Source of the DNA: the human T2T-CHM13v2.0 reference genome, Homo sapiens
DNA length: 64,000 bases
Strand: one strand, 5' to 3'
Assembly (NCBI RefSeq): GCF_009914755.1
Contig: NC_060931.1
The notes beneath the pieces were generated by a model. That model ran no database searches. It was not told where the DNA came from and saw only the letters and a program-made list of their open reading frames with translations. Made by a program: the position numbers and the translations under genes. Each line of letters starts with the position of its first letter. Position 1 is the stretch's first letter. Below, one piece after another: positions 1 through 53,806 of the stretch.

Positions 1-248
1 GTGCAGTGGCATGATCTTGGCTCACTGCAACCTCTGCCTCCCAGGTTCATGTGATTCTTATGCCTCAGCCTCATGAGTAGTTGGGATTACAGATGTGCAC
101 CACTATGCCCAGCTAATTTGTGTATTTTTAATAGAAAAGGGGTTTCACCATGTTAGCCAGGATGGTCTCAAACTCCTGGTCTCATGTGATCTGCCAGCCT
201 CAGCCTCCCAAAGTGCTGGTATAATGGGCATGAGCCACTGCATCCAGC
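1..248 (-). mobile_element. Alu (partial, window edge)
   Basis: Reverse-complement Alu consensus. Confidence 0.95.
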
Positions 249-443
249 TATATTATTTTAAACTACACAATTTTGTTCCATTTTTTAGGGCGCTGTTAGA
301 AAACTGTCATTTTTTCCTTGCTGAATTGTAATGCATACAATTTACTCCCTAGGCAAGTAGGGAAAAATATCAGTAAAGCACAGCAAATGAGAAAGTGGGG
401 GCAGCAAGCTCATTCTCAGGTGGTCCTCAATGTGGGATCATCA

Positions 444-756
<313 letters not shown>

Positions 757-1031
757 AAACATTTTTGAGACTGCTTTCCAGGGCTGGCCAAAATATATTC
801 CCATATGTTGTCTCAGTCTTGTGCTATCATTCAATTTTATTAACATAATCAGTTTTTATTATTCCATATAATTTTAACTAATTTAATAAGCTTCTGTTTT
901 ACATTTTTGTTAGGAAAATTTATATTTCCCCATTTCTAAAATTCATTTGCATTTCCAAGCATACAACTTCTCTGTTAATCTTCTTTGACCACTCACTAAA
1001 TGGATTTTGGGTACAGACATATTTCTAGTTA

Positions 1032-1358
<327 letters not shown>

Positions 1359-1399
1359 CTTAATATAGTTTTGAATTTTCAGAACTTGGTTAGCAAGTG

Positions 1400-2020
1400 C
1401 TGATTCTTTAAGTGTATTTTGAAATTTGTCCAGTAAAATTTCCTTTGATAATCAGTTCTGTGAATTTTGACAAATATACTATGTCAATCATAATCAGAAC
1501 ATCCTCTCCCCTACCACCAAATTTCTCCATGCTGCCCCTTTATATTCCCATATTCCCCCCACACCTATCCTTAACCTTTGGTAACCACTATCTGCTTTCT
1601 GGTCCTACAGTTTTGCCTTTTCCAGAATGTTATCCAAATGGAATGTTACGGTATACAGTATAACCTTTTGAGTCTGGCTTCTTTCAGTTAGCATAATGCA
1701 TTTGAGCTTTATCCATGTTGTTCATCAATAGTTTCTTTTCATTGTTGAGTGGTATGCCATTATATGGATGTACCTGAGTTTATTCATTCACTCAGTGAAG
1801 GATATTTGGGTTGCTCCCAGTTTAATTATGAAAAAATTAAAGATGTATTCTACAAACATTTGCATATGAATTGTGTGAATATAAGTTTTAGCTGCTTAGA
1901 TAAATAATTGGGAGTGGAATGCCGGGTCCTATAGTATATTTAACTTACAAGAAACGAAACTGTTTTCCAAAATGGTTGTTCCATTTTGCATTCCTACTAG
2001 CCATGTATGAGCTCCAGGTC
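1400..2020 (-). mobile_element. Old L1M (L1ME-like) 3' fragment
   Basis: Antisense L1 3'UTR motifs (tttccagaatgt...gtctggcttctttcagttagcataatgc). Confidence 0.75.
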
Positions 2021-3119
2021 CTCATTCTTTTGCTTTGCTTTTGATGTTTGTTCATGTACATTTAAAAAGCATTTTATTCACCTATCCCTCATACGCATTT
2101 AAGAAACATCCATAAGCGAATGTGCTCTGACACTAAAATATGCTGGTCTGCTTTTCCCTAGCAATATTAAATGTTATTTTAATATTTAAATTTTGCCCAT
2201 ATAAAATCTATTGGATACACATATGGAGAATAGTGCCAAGCTATTTCTTTTCTATACTGATATTCACTTAACAGGATGCTTTGTGGATTGTCCTAAGTTT
2301 GCCCATTTCTCAAGTGTTGTCATTCTTTTGCTTGCTTCTCACTGTGCTCTCTTCCTGGGTGGCTTCAAATCTATTCGTGGAGTTTCAATTGTCATCTCCT
2401 GAGAGCCTTTTGAACTTCAGGCCTGGGAACCCTATTGTCTATTGACCATCTCCATCTATGTGTCCCTTGGGAGCCAGGAACTCAAAACATTTCTTCAAAA
2501 CTTCCTCCCCTATTCCCTATTTTAGGCAGTATATGGTACCATTTTCCCATATGTCCAGGACAGAAAGAGGATAATTACTCATTACTCCTACCTCTTCCTT
2601 ATTTCCCATATCTAAAAGGTCACTGGGTTTTGTCAAAATATTTTCTCCCATTGCCATTATCTTAGCTTAAGTCCAGATTGCATTATACCTTCTTGCTCAG
2701 AACCACCTCTTTAAGCCCTTCTGTACATTGACCCAGGGTGATCTTTCAACACACACATCTGAGCTAATCAAGTCCTAAGGGCTCCAATGGCTCCTCATAA
2801 ACAGGAAACACAACACCCTTCAAAACTTGATCATTTTTGTTTAACCACTCCACCTATATCTCCTTTACCTGACAAATGTCTGAATTCAGAAGCCAGACTG
2901 CCAGATGTTGAATTCTGACACCCCAACTTACTAGTTTTTGACCTTACACAAATAACATAGCCTCTCTGTATACAACTGTGTTCAAAGTTATACAATATAC
3001 AAAAATGAAAACATTTACATCACTCTGTTAGAAACTATGGCTCCTAAGATTTTAAAGATAGAAAACAAGTATTATTTTATGTTTTTATTATAACCATACA
3101 TGATGTATCTGACTGACTT

Positions 3120-3340
3120 ATACTCTGGAGTTTGGCTGCCGAGGTATGAATCTGAGCTCCACCACTCATTGGTTTGGAAAGTAATTTAAACCAACTTCAA
3201 TTTTCTTATCTGTAAAATGGGAATAATAGTATCTGCCTCATAGTGATTGTTGTCAGGAATAAATGAATTAATATCCCAAAAGTGCTTCAAATAATGCCAA
3301 TAGTGTAGTAAGTGTCACTTAAAGTAGTAGCTATTATTAT
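3120..3340 (+). mobile_element. MIR
   Basis: Core ttttcttatctgtaaaatgggaataatagt. Confidence 0.8.
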
Positions 3341-3704
3341 AATTTAAATAATGGGGACATAAGTTCCTAATTTCCCACCCATGTGGGTGCCCTTCCAATG
3401 AATCCTGAACAACCTGGTACTTCCTTTTATCACAGAAATTAGCACAATGTATTGAAACTGTTTTTCTCATCTACACCCTAAGATGTCTGAAAGATATTCT
3501 TTGTCTTAAATACTCTGGCCTCGAAGATCCCCAAAAGCTTGATGCTTCTGCTTTAGGGCCTTTACAGTCTGCCTATGTCTCCCTCTCCAAACACCATAAA
3601 TAATTCTAGAGGTTTTCTGACGTGCTTATGAATACAAACATCAAATGAGAATCATACCATCATAGATGGATTTTTGGTGAGAAAATATTTTCTTGCATGC
3701 ACTC

Positions 3705-4120
3705 AATCCTATCTCTCTCTGTGTCTCTATCCATCTATTCTCACACGCATTCAAGCCTATCTGGTCTATCATCTAATCCTTGCATGCATGCAAGTCTACC
3801 TAATCTATCATCTACCTACCAACCTACCTACCTAGAGTCGGGGGCTTGCTCAGTCACGCAGCCTGGAGAACAATGGTGCAATTATAGCTCACTGCAGCCA
3901 CAAACCCCTGTGCCCAAGAAATCCTCCCACCTCAGCCTCCTGAGTAGCTGGGACTACAGATGTACACCACCACTCCTGGCTATTTTTTATTTTTGTAGAG
4001 ATGGAGATCTTGCTATGTTGCCTAGGCTGGTGTGGTCTTGAACTCCTGGCCTCAAGTGATTCTCCCACTTTGGCCTTCCAAAGCGCTGGGATTACAGCGT
4101 GAGTAACCATGTCCAGCCTC
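3705..4120 (-). mobile_element. AluJ with tail degenerated into (TCTA/CCTA)n
   Basis: Antisense Alu 3832-4120 preceded by tetranucleotide-like repeats. Confidence 0.85.
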
Positions 4121-4281
4121 AAGCCAATTAAGTGTCTTAATCAGTTTTCTACACAGTGCAGCAAAAACAAATTATGCTTTGACAGAAATTATTTTCACTG
4201 AGAGCATTGTTTTCTATGTTAATGATAAGGCAACAAATTGATTCCCCAATCCGTTTTTTGCACATATAAATTCTTTTAGAG

Positions 4282-4589
4282 GGCCAGACACAGTGGCTTA
4301 TGCCTGTATCCTAGCACTATGGGAGGCCGAGGAAGGTGGATCACCTGAGGTTAGGAGTTTGAGGCCAGCCTGGCCAACATGGTGAAACCCTGTCTCTACT
4401 AAAAATACAAAAATTAGCTGGGCATGGTGGCGCACGTCTGTAATCCCAGCTACTCAGGAGGCTGATGAGGCAGGATAATTGGTTGAACCCAGTGGGGCGG
4501 AGGTTGCAGTGAGCTGAGATCATGCCACCGCACTCCAGCCTGGGCGACAGAACAAGACTCTGTCTCAATCATTCAATCAATCAATAAAT
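4282..4589 (+). mobile_element. AluS
   Basis: Full dimer, (TCAA)n tail, TSD ttcttttagag. Confidence 0.95.
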
Positions 4590-4989
4590 ATTCTTTTAGA
4601 GTTTTTGCCATTGATTTCTCAGGATCAAATAAAAAAATCTAAATTTTATTAATGCAATTCCTCTATTAAGTTTGGTCAATAACCGGAAAGTTTTACTTTG
4701 TTGAATATTTCTATCAAGTCTAATTTTTCTAGGGTCAATTTTGGCAACTTTTTTCTTATTTTTTTTTCTTTTTTTGCCCATCATTGGCTAAATTTTGGCA
4801 ATTTTTAATCTTGTGGTTCTTCAGTAAGTTTTCTCTAATACATTTATCATGTGCAGTATTAGCTATTCTGGTTTTATTTGTATAATGAAAATTAATTTGT
4901 TGTGATTTGGATAAACAATTACTTGAATTTGGATCACAACTGAAAATGAGTAATTGTAAATCCCCTCATCAGTTCTCCAGGTCTGTCTT

Positions 4990-6460
4990 TTGGGGTCAAA
5001 ACATCTCACCTCATTTCCCTTCCAGCTGTACTGCCTTCACATAACTAATTCCTGCTCACATGTCAGATGCCAACTCAAGCATCACTTGCTCAGGAAAGCC
5101 TCTCCTGATCCCTACTAGATCAAGGGTCCCTGTTAATGCTGAGATGTTTTTCTTTCATCACAGTAATTAGAGTTACAATTACATATATCCATGATAATTT
5201 ATTGTCTCCCTCAGACTTTGTTCTCTGAAAGCAGGGATTTTGTTTTCCTTACCACTGGGTCCCTGGCACATAAAAGGCACTCAAATTTACTGAAAGAATG
5301 ATGAAAGGAAAATGGTATCTTATCTTGATCCCTACAGCACATATAATGCCTGATCAATACCAGGCATTCATTAAAAGCTGTTTAGATTTCCCTATTTTTA
5401 TTTCTGGATTGTTATGGTCTGAAAGATAATGATCAATTTTTTTCTCAATAATAATTTTTAAAATTGAATTTTTAATGCTATATATTTTTAAGCCTTTAAT
5501 AACTATGCTACTCTAATAGTCTCCTATTCCTTTCTTATTAGGGCTGCTATACTGTACATCTTCAGGAGGGTAAACTGTATTCCACAGAGCAGGAGGTTGT
5601 TTGATGTGGTATCACTGCATCCTCACCTCTCTCTGTGAAAGGAAACACATTCGGCTATCTCCTAAAGTTGCTTATAATTACAGTTCTAATTCCTAACTGT
5701 ACATAGTAAGTACACAGAATACTTCAAGAACAGAAATGCTTGGGTCTCACTCTAAAATTACTGAATCAGAAAGTACTGAATTTCCCCACATGACTGAGGA
5801 GTTAGGAAACAGTGGGAGCATAGAATGAGTATGGGAGAAGTGGTTAGACAATAATCTTGATAGGCAGCTTAGCAACAGTGTACTAAGGGCCTTGGTTTCA
5901 ATACTAAAGAATTCGGAATTTAATTCTACATATAGTGGTAACCATTAATGATTTTCACAGTGTAATGAAATAATCGGACTGATGAGAAAGCTTAACTTGG
6001 CATCAGTGTGGCAGATAGGCAGGAAGGGTACAGAGCCTGAGTCAGGGGTAGGAAGCTACTACAAGCTAAAGAATGGATGGTGAGGACTTGAACTAGACTG
6101 GCTGCAGTGCAAGCAGGGAGGAAGGAAATGAGAAAGGACTCCCAAAACATCAGACAGGACTTTGATCCACAAAATATGTAAGTTGGGGAACGGCTGAACA
6201 CCGTAACAGTATTTCCAGGCTAAGCAACTGAATGCAGTTCGATGATGTCATTAACCAAATAGGGAATATAGTGGAAGGACAGAATGAAGCAAATAGAGGA
6301 AATAAATTCTGTTTCCAGCTATGATTCAACTGAAGTTCTCTGTAGACCATTTAGATGGACCTAGAACAAGTATAACTTGGAAATTAAGATTTGAAGTTCA
6401 GAAAAGAAGTTGAGGCTAAAATCTTAGGTTTGGGAGTCAACAGGGTATTTGGTAACAGTT
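4990..6460. mobile_element. L2 fragments (both orientations) and a small MER5-like piece
   Basis: L2 3' end motif ctggcacataaaaggcactcaaat and purine-rich antisense L2 body. Confidence 0.6.
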
Positions 6461-6718
6461 GAGGACATTAGAATGAAGGGAACTGAAAAGGGTATTGTTC
6501 ATGTAGAATCAAAAGTACCTAGCACAGAATTAAAGATAAATCAGGCTTTCTTGTTAACTTTACTTAACCATACAATCTTAATTTTAATAAGGCCTACATA
6601 TAGTACCATTAAAAATAAGCAGAAGTTAATGTGAAGAACAGTAATATAAAAATTATCTGCAAACTGTAGGACAACTTTAAATATGACTATATCTCTGAAC
6701 TTATTTAGAATTCATCAG

Positions 6719-6724
6719 TTTATT
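6719..6724 (-). terminator. Candidate distal polyadenylation signal AATAAA
   Basis: tttatt on +. Confidence 0.4.
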
Positions 6725-7323
6725 AGTTTGGAAAAACTGTAGTTTCTAGCTTATGAATAGCACATTCATCAAGTTGGCTCTTCATCTATATCACTACTTT
6801 CCTAAATGAAACAATAAGATATCTGGTGATTTACTTCCTACAAAGCAAAGTCAATATACATAAACTATTAAGTCAACTCATAAAAAATACAGCATGTATT
6901 TAACAAATGCAACTTCTAATATCAAGAGATTATCACTTAAAATGTGTCTATGTATGTGTGTGCTTGTGTGCCAGGCAGTTTTGTGAAATTTCTCAACTTT
7001 AATAATCGAAATTCCTTATTGGGTCTGAAATTATTCTAACAGCAAAAAAGAAAAAACAAAACCAAATTTAAGTTCACAAGGCCATGCTACTTCCAGAGAG
7101 TGAATGCCCTTGTTTAGAATGGGTCTCTGAAATCTTCATTTTTAAGAGGCATCTAGGTAATTATGATGCAAGGAGTTCATGAACTATACTTTGAGAAACA
7201 CTACTGTATATCAGATTTACATTTTAACTAAGACTTTTAAAAAAATGTTGAGAAATGTTTATAGACTGCAGAAAACTGTTTTAAATAACAGTGTTATGTG
7301 GTTCAAGTAGAAAATACATTTTC

Positions 7324-7329
7324 TTTATT
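7324..7329 (-). terminator. Candidate proximal polyadenylation signal AATAAA
   Basis: tttatt on +; U-rich sequence downstream on the minus strand. Confidence 0.55.
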
Positions 7330-7645
7330 CAAATCATGTTGACGTTCAGTATATTTTGAAATACACATGAAGTTATACCAAAGCTACATTTTAATCTCAT
7401 CACATTCCACCCCAAATTCCTTACCATTTACCAAAAATAACTTTTTATAAAGCTTACTATTTTGTCTAATATTATACAGACTATCAATCTATAACTTTTT
7501 GTGTTTCTCTCAAAAATTAGAATAGCTTATGAGGATATTATATAAAACTAATTGGTATATTACACACCAAACATAAGTACAGATTCTGTACAATGTAATA
7601 GTATACATATATATTACAAGAGACTATATGCCTTGTTGAAAGTAA

Positions 7646-7939
7646 TTTTTTTTTTTTTTTGAGATGGAGTCTTGCTGTGTCACCCAGGCTAGCGTGCCGT
7701 GGTGCAATCTTGGCTCACTACAACCTCCACCTCCTGGGTTTAAGCGATCTCCCACCTTGGCCTCCCTAGTAGCTAGGATTATAGGCGCCCGCCACCACAC
7801 CCAGCTAATTTTTGTATTTTTGTAGAGACAGGGTTTCACCATGTTGGCCAGGCTGGTCTTGAACTCTGACTTCAGGTGATCCGCCTGCCCCAGCCTCCCA
7901 AAGTGCTGGAATTACAGGGGTGAGCCACCATGCTCGGCC
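7646..7939 (-). mobile_element. AluS in the KRIT1 3'UTR (sense to the mRNA)
   Basis: Antisense Alu on +, T15 tail, TSD aaagtaat. Confidence 0.95.
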
Positions 7940-8023
7940 AAAAGTAATATTTTAAGAAATCTTTCACGGAAAAAAAACTCTGCATTACAAAATGTGGTGG
8001 CTTGAGTAACAGTTACTTCTCTT

Positions 8024-49458
<41,435 letters not shown>

Positions 49459-50101
49459 TTAAATGACACATTTGATGGCAAGATAAAAAAAAGTAATGCA
49501 TCTTAAATTGAAAACTTTTATTTCCACATAATCATGTCGAAAAAATTAAAAAAAAATAAAATGTTCTCTATCCTAGAATATACAGTGCCTAAAAGGCAAG
49601 CCAGGAATGACTTTGACTGCATCTTTACTGTTCAACTACTCAAAACCTTAGCTGATAATTTAAGATTTCCTTTGTATTTCTTTTTTCATTTTAAAATAGG
49701 GTTATACATTTTCATAGGTGTTAACTGCATAGTAAGAATCTGCCTTTGGGGCCAAAAAAAAGTGATGATGATTATAAAATAACTTGTAAATAATGACTTG
49801 AAATAGTGATTCAGAATAATATACACTTTTTCCATAAATTACAAAAGTGAATGTTAGTTATACTGTTAACAGTTTGGAAGCTGGAAATGGTAGATGTTTT
49901 ATATCCATTGACATTTACTCCAGAACTTTCAGCAAGGATAACTTTGATATCAGACATTTGGATGAGCTAAAGCGTAGTATGTAATTTTCTTTGGAGTTGC
50001 TTATCACAGAACCAAAACTATTTGGTCAGTTGATAAAAGCTTTCTGAAGGTGATTTAAGAATCTTTTCCATTTCCCTTATCAATTTCCTTGATAATCCAA
50101 A

Positions 50102-50405
50102 TTTTTGTTTTGTTTTGTTTTAGACAGAGTCTCGCTCTGTCACTTAGGCTAGAGTGCAGTGACAATCTCGCCTCAATGCAACCCTCGCCTCCCGGGTTCA
50201 GGCGATTCTCCCTCCTGCCTCAGCCTCCTGAGTAGCCAGAATTAACAGGCGTGTGCCACCATGCTCGGCTAATTTTTGTGTCTTTTAGTAGAGATGGAGT
50301 TTTACCATGTTGGCCAGGCTGGTCTCAAACTCCTGACCTCAAGTGATCCACCTGCCTCGGCCTCCCAAAGTGCTCGGATTACAGGCGTGAGCCACCACAC
50401 CTGTC
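50102..50405 (-). mobile_element. AluS
   Basis: TSD ataatccaaattttt. Confidence 0.93.
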
Positions 50406-50757
50406 AATAATCCAAATTTTTTATTCCAAATATATTCACTGTGTGTGTGTGTGCGTGTGTGTTATGCATATACTTTGTCCCACTAAATCTTAAGTCTCCA
50501 TTGCGCAATTTCCAACAAGTGACTGAATTTCAACCACAATCTTAGTTGTATAATAGTTTTCTTCATTGAATAAATTTCTTTCATGGCTACACTAAAGTGC
50601 ATCTTTCTGTACTGATTATTTTTTATCTTTTTTTGAAAAAGCTTCTCCCCATTTATTTGTCAGTAAATTTCTAAAAGAACATTAAAGAGTTTCTTTCCCA
50701 GCTATGTTGAGATGAACTTTCTTCAGTTTTTTAAAAACCATTAGGCATTAAAATTAC

Positions 50758-50913
50758 CTGTTCATATTTAATGAGTTCCCTACTGCTGCAACTCTCAAGA
50801 TAGACCATTTTCAAGAAAGGGTTTTGAATGTTATTTGAGAGGCGATAGAGTAATTTATCCTGTTTCTTCCACTGCAACTGAAAATGTCACTCTGTAACTT
50901 TTAATTCACTTCC
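50758..50913 (-). other. KRIT1: Putative alternative KRIT1 5'UTR exon
   Basis: Acceptor ttttaattattatttag| (alternative acceptor at 50877) and donor CAG|gtaatt in unique sequence. Confidence 0.45.
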
Positions 50914-51288
50914 CTAAATAATAATTAAAAAGTGCCTTATGATTGTAAAATTACCCTAAGAAGAAATTCTTTTAAAATACAGTAGCTTTTGGCATTTTAC
51001 ATAAACTTTAGCCTAAGATTAAAACAACCATTAAAATTATTGTACAAAAATTTTAAATAAAATAATTTAAATACTTTTCAAATTTATTTTAAATTCTAAA
51101 ACTTTCCATTGATTTAGATCCAAAAAAACCCTACAGATATTTCACTAGAAAAAAATACAGTGACACATTAGGATAGAGACATTTCATTGTGTGAAAGGTT
51201 TTGAGGACGTTATCATTCTTTATCATTATATACTTCATGAAATTTTTTTCAGTTCAATTTTTTGTATAAAATCATTCTTAAAACCCAC

Positions 51289-51436
51289 CTCATGCAACAG
51301 ACCTTCCTACATCATGTGAAAAGGATGAGGCCTTTTTCTTCTCAGAATTTCTATTTAGCAATTACTTTTCACCACAGATTAACAATGACTTCAAGATAAT
51401 AAACGTTTACAAATTATGAGACAGACGCATTGAAGA
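51289..51436 (-). other. KRIT1: KRIT1 5'UTR non-coding exon (148 nt)
   Basis: Pyrimidine tract gtctttctttttggggcttgcag| acceptor and GAG|gtgggt donor; the length fits my recollection of the c.-150..-3 exon. Confidence 0.75.
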
Positions 51437-52157
51437 CTGCAAGCCCCAAAAAGAAAGACATTGTATTGTGAATACACTGTATGATATATGGGCACAATTA
51501 CAGAAACCATTTTATCTATTAAGGACCTAAAAGAAAAATCAAGTAACTCTTACTTTTCTAAAGACAATTTAAAGCAAATCAATTCCTGTCTTGGTCAACT
51601 CATGTTAAGAAAACATTTACTAGCAAAGTACTTTGTCAATACTCATCACTTCTCTAGAATATTTAATTAATACTGCACAGAAGCCTGAACTTTTAAAAGG
51701 TAAACAAATGTGATTTTAAAAAGACATAACTATGACAGTAACAGTATTTTGTTTTCTTAAACCAAATACTTTTTTACCATATCCCCAAAATATTCTTAAA
51801 ATTCATTTTCAAGAACTATTCGTACTTGACTACTTAAAATCTACATTCTTCCAGTGACATGAAAGAAGGAAACAAAGGCTTAACAGGAAAATAACAAAAG
51901 TAACTAACATAGGAAGGTAAAACTGCTAAGGGAGAAACACAGACAAACTGATAGAAAATGAGTAGCTTGAACTAAAATACAAGAAAGGTATAACTAGAGT
52001 TTGCAATATGTTTAGACTGAGTCTGAGATGAGGGTTCAAGTGAATAAGTACAGGAAACGTGGCATTTTGTTATATGGCTCACTCCATTCTGGAAAATGTT
52101 AGGCACAAATGATAATATGCTCCCTAAGTAATAAGATCTTATAAATAAAGCAGTGGA

Positions 52158-52335
52158 AGTGGTCCTTAATTAGGGGGGTGGCACCTACCTGGGATCACTG
52201 GAAAATATGGAGGGCATTTCTGGTTGTCACTATGACTGATGAGGGGAGATGTACAACTGCCATTTAGTGTCCATGGAACAGGTTTGCTAACATCCTCTTA
52301 GTATGCTAGACAGCGTTTGCAAACAGAAACTGTAA
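52158..52335 (+). mobile_element. MER20-family hAT element overlapping a KRIT1 5'UTR exon
   Basis: agtggtccttaa...catttctggttgtcac...actgccatttagtg...tgctaacatcct...gacagc resembles the MER20 consensus. Confidence 0.65.
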
Positions 52336-52458
52336 AGGCACATATGCACTCCAGAAGGGTAAGAAAATAATGAGGCTGAGATCCTGAGTTGGACCACCGA
52401 GATGAAAGACTTCTGGTGAGGCTAAAAACATGTAGAAAAAGCGATGAAAGCCAAAAAC
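52189..52458 (-). other. KRIT1: KRIT1 5'UTR non-coding exon (270 nt), 3' part MER20-derived
   Basis: Acceptor cttttctccaccttttaag| with upstream branch-like ctaac/taac; donor CAG|gtaggt; the length fits the recalled c.-420..-151 exon. Confidence 0.72.
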
Positions 52459-53076
52459 CTTAAAAGGTGGAGAAAAGTGTAGAGGCGAGAAGTGAGTTAC
52501 AGGGGGAGAAGTGAGTTAGAATGACAAGCTGTGAATCCCTTTCCCTGCAATGACAAAAATACGTAATCACTCTGCCTGGGAGGTTTTTTCCTGCGCCACC
52601 ACCCGTCAACGTCCACTACTGGGGAAAAACGTAAGCCTCTTTGCTCAAAGAGTTTCCACCCAAAAAGTGGCTATGGTTTCTCTGTAACTACATGTGAAAA
52701 ATAAACTCCTTGCCTGGGGCAACTAGATGTGGAGATGGTTCAGTCTCCCACCTCCGTTTTCCCTCGCTGGAGTCGAACTTGCTCCTCCTGTTTCCCGAAG
52801 GACACCGAGAGGTCCCACCCGTACGGGCTGCCGCGAGTGCCTCTCTGGCCGCTACATTCAACTAAATGGGTGGGACAGTCACCTGGCGAGGGGGGGCAGG
52901 GACCGTCACCGCTTTCTCATTCCTCCTTCCCTCCTCCCAGGCACAGCAGCCCGGCCCAGCTTCCTGTGGCAGAAAAACCCTCAGTCGCCAAAAGAAAGCC
53001 GTCTTGAGGGTTCCCCCGCGCTCCCACCCGCGCCCCAAAAGCTCAGGTCTCTGGAGTCGGAGACCCTCCTGCCCAC

Positions 53077-53390
53077 CTGCTCTTTACTGTCCTTCCCTCT
53101 CCTCGCACCTCAGCACCATTCACCCCTCACCCTCTCCCGAAACTACGGGGTCCCAGGTCTTCAAAGGCCTTAGCTTTCCACCCCGCCGTTACCGTGGCTA
53201 TGAAATCGCTTCCGGGTTCACACCCTTTGCAGCCTCGCGGTTGGCGGTGAAAGAGCTTCCGGGTCGGCGGCCGGGCTGCTGCCGTTCCTGCTCCTTTTCA
53301 CTGGACCTGCAGTCTCTCAGGGGCTGGTGGCAGGCGACTAGGAGACTAGGGTGGTGGCGGTGGGGGTGCCAGCGGCTGAGCCGGAGCCGG
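53077..53390 (-). other. KRIT1: KRIT1 first exon (5' end approximate)
   Basis: Donor CAG|gtgggc at 53077/53076 inside the CpG island; TSS is recalled/inferred, not visible; alternative donors at 52883 and 53224. Confidence 0.6.
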
Positions 53391-53806
53391 AGCCGGAGGC
53401 GGGGGAGGGGAAGAGGGCGGCCGGGGCTGCGAGCGCGCAAGGCTGGAACATGAGCCGGGCTTGACCGCGAGGCGGAGGCAAGAGCCACCGCCCCCTCTTC
53501 CCCTCCCCCGAGTGAGGCGGCGCAGCGGCCGGAGAGGGATGGGGGGCGCCCACCCAGTCTGAGCCTCGCCGCGGGCGCCTTCGGCTCACGCAGCGCTTCC
53601 CGCGGGCCGCCAGTGCGCACCCTCGGCCACATCAGCCTCCGCCTGGCGGGTGCACCCGGGCCGGCGAGGAAGGGGCAACCGTCCGGGTGGGTGGGGCGGG
53701 CTGGGTACCTGAGGTCACCAGCTCGGCTGTAGAGGCAGGGGCGGCGGAGGCGGAACTGCGGAGTTGCTGGGTCCACCGACCCTTACCCTCAGCGAGAGAA
53801 GTAACC
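53261..53806 (+). other. ANKIB1: ANKIB1 non-coding first exon (5' end approximate); intron 1 runs to the end of the window
   Basis: Strong donor ACC|gtaagt at 53806/53807; identity rests on the known head-to-head KRIT1-ANKIB1 arrangement, since no ANKIB1 coding sequence is in the window. Confidence 0.75.

Larger units (their letters stand above)
6700..8023 (-). other. KRIT1: KRIT1 3' UTR (distal end uncertain)
   Basis: AU-rich sequence after the stop codon; contains a sense-oriented Alu and two AATAAA hexamers; the true 3' end may extend further. Confidence 0.7.

Noticed and set aside
7646-7939. Self-targeting of the KRIT1 3'UTR Alu by intronic miR-1285
   Set aside because: The Alu is sense in the mRNA, so the 3p arm cannot pair, and I found no GTGAGAT seed match for the 5p arm in it.
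53141-53157. ZNF143/THAP11-type motif actacggggtcccag
   Set aside because: The spacer is one base longer than ACTACAnnTCCCA; too weak to call.
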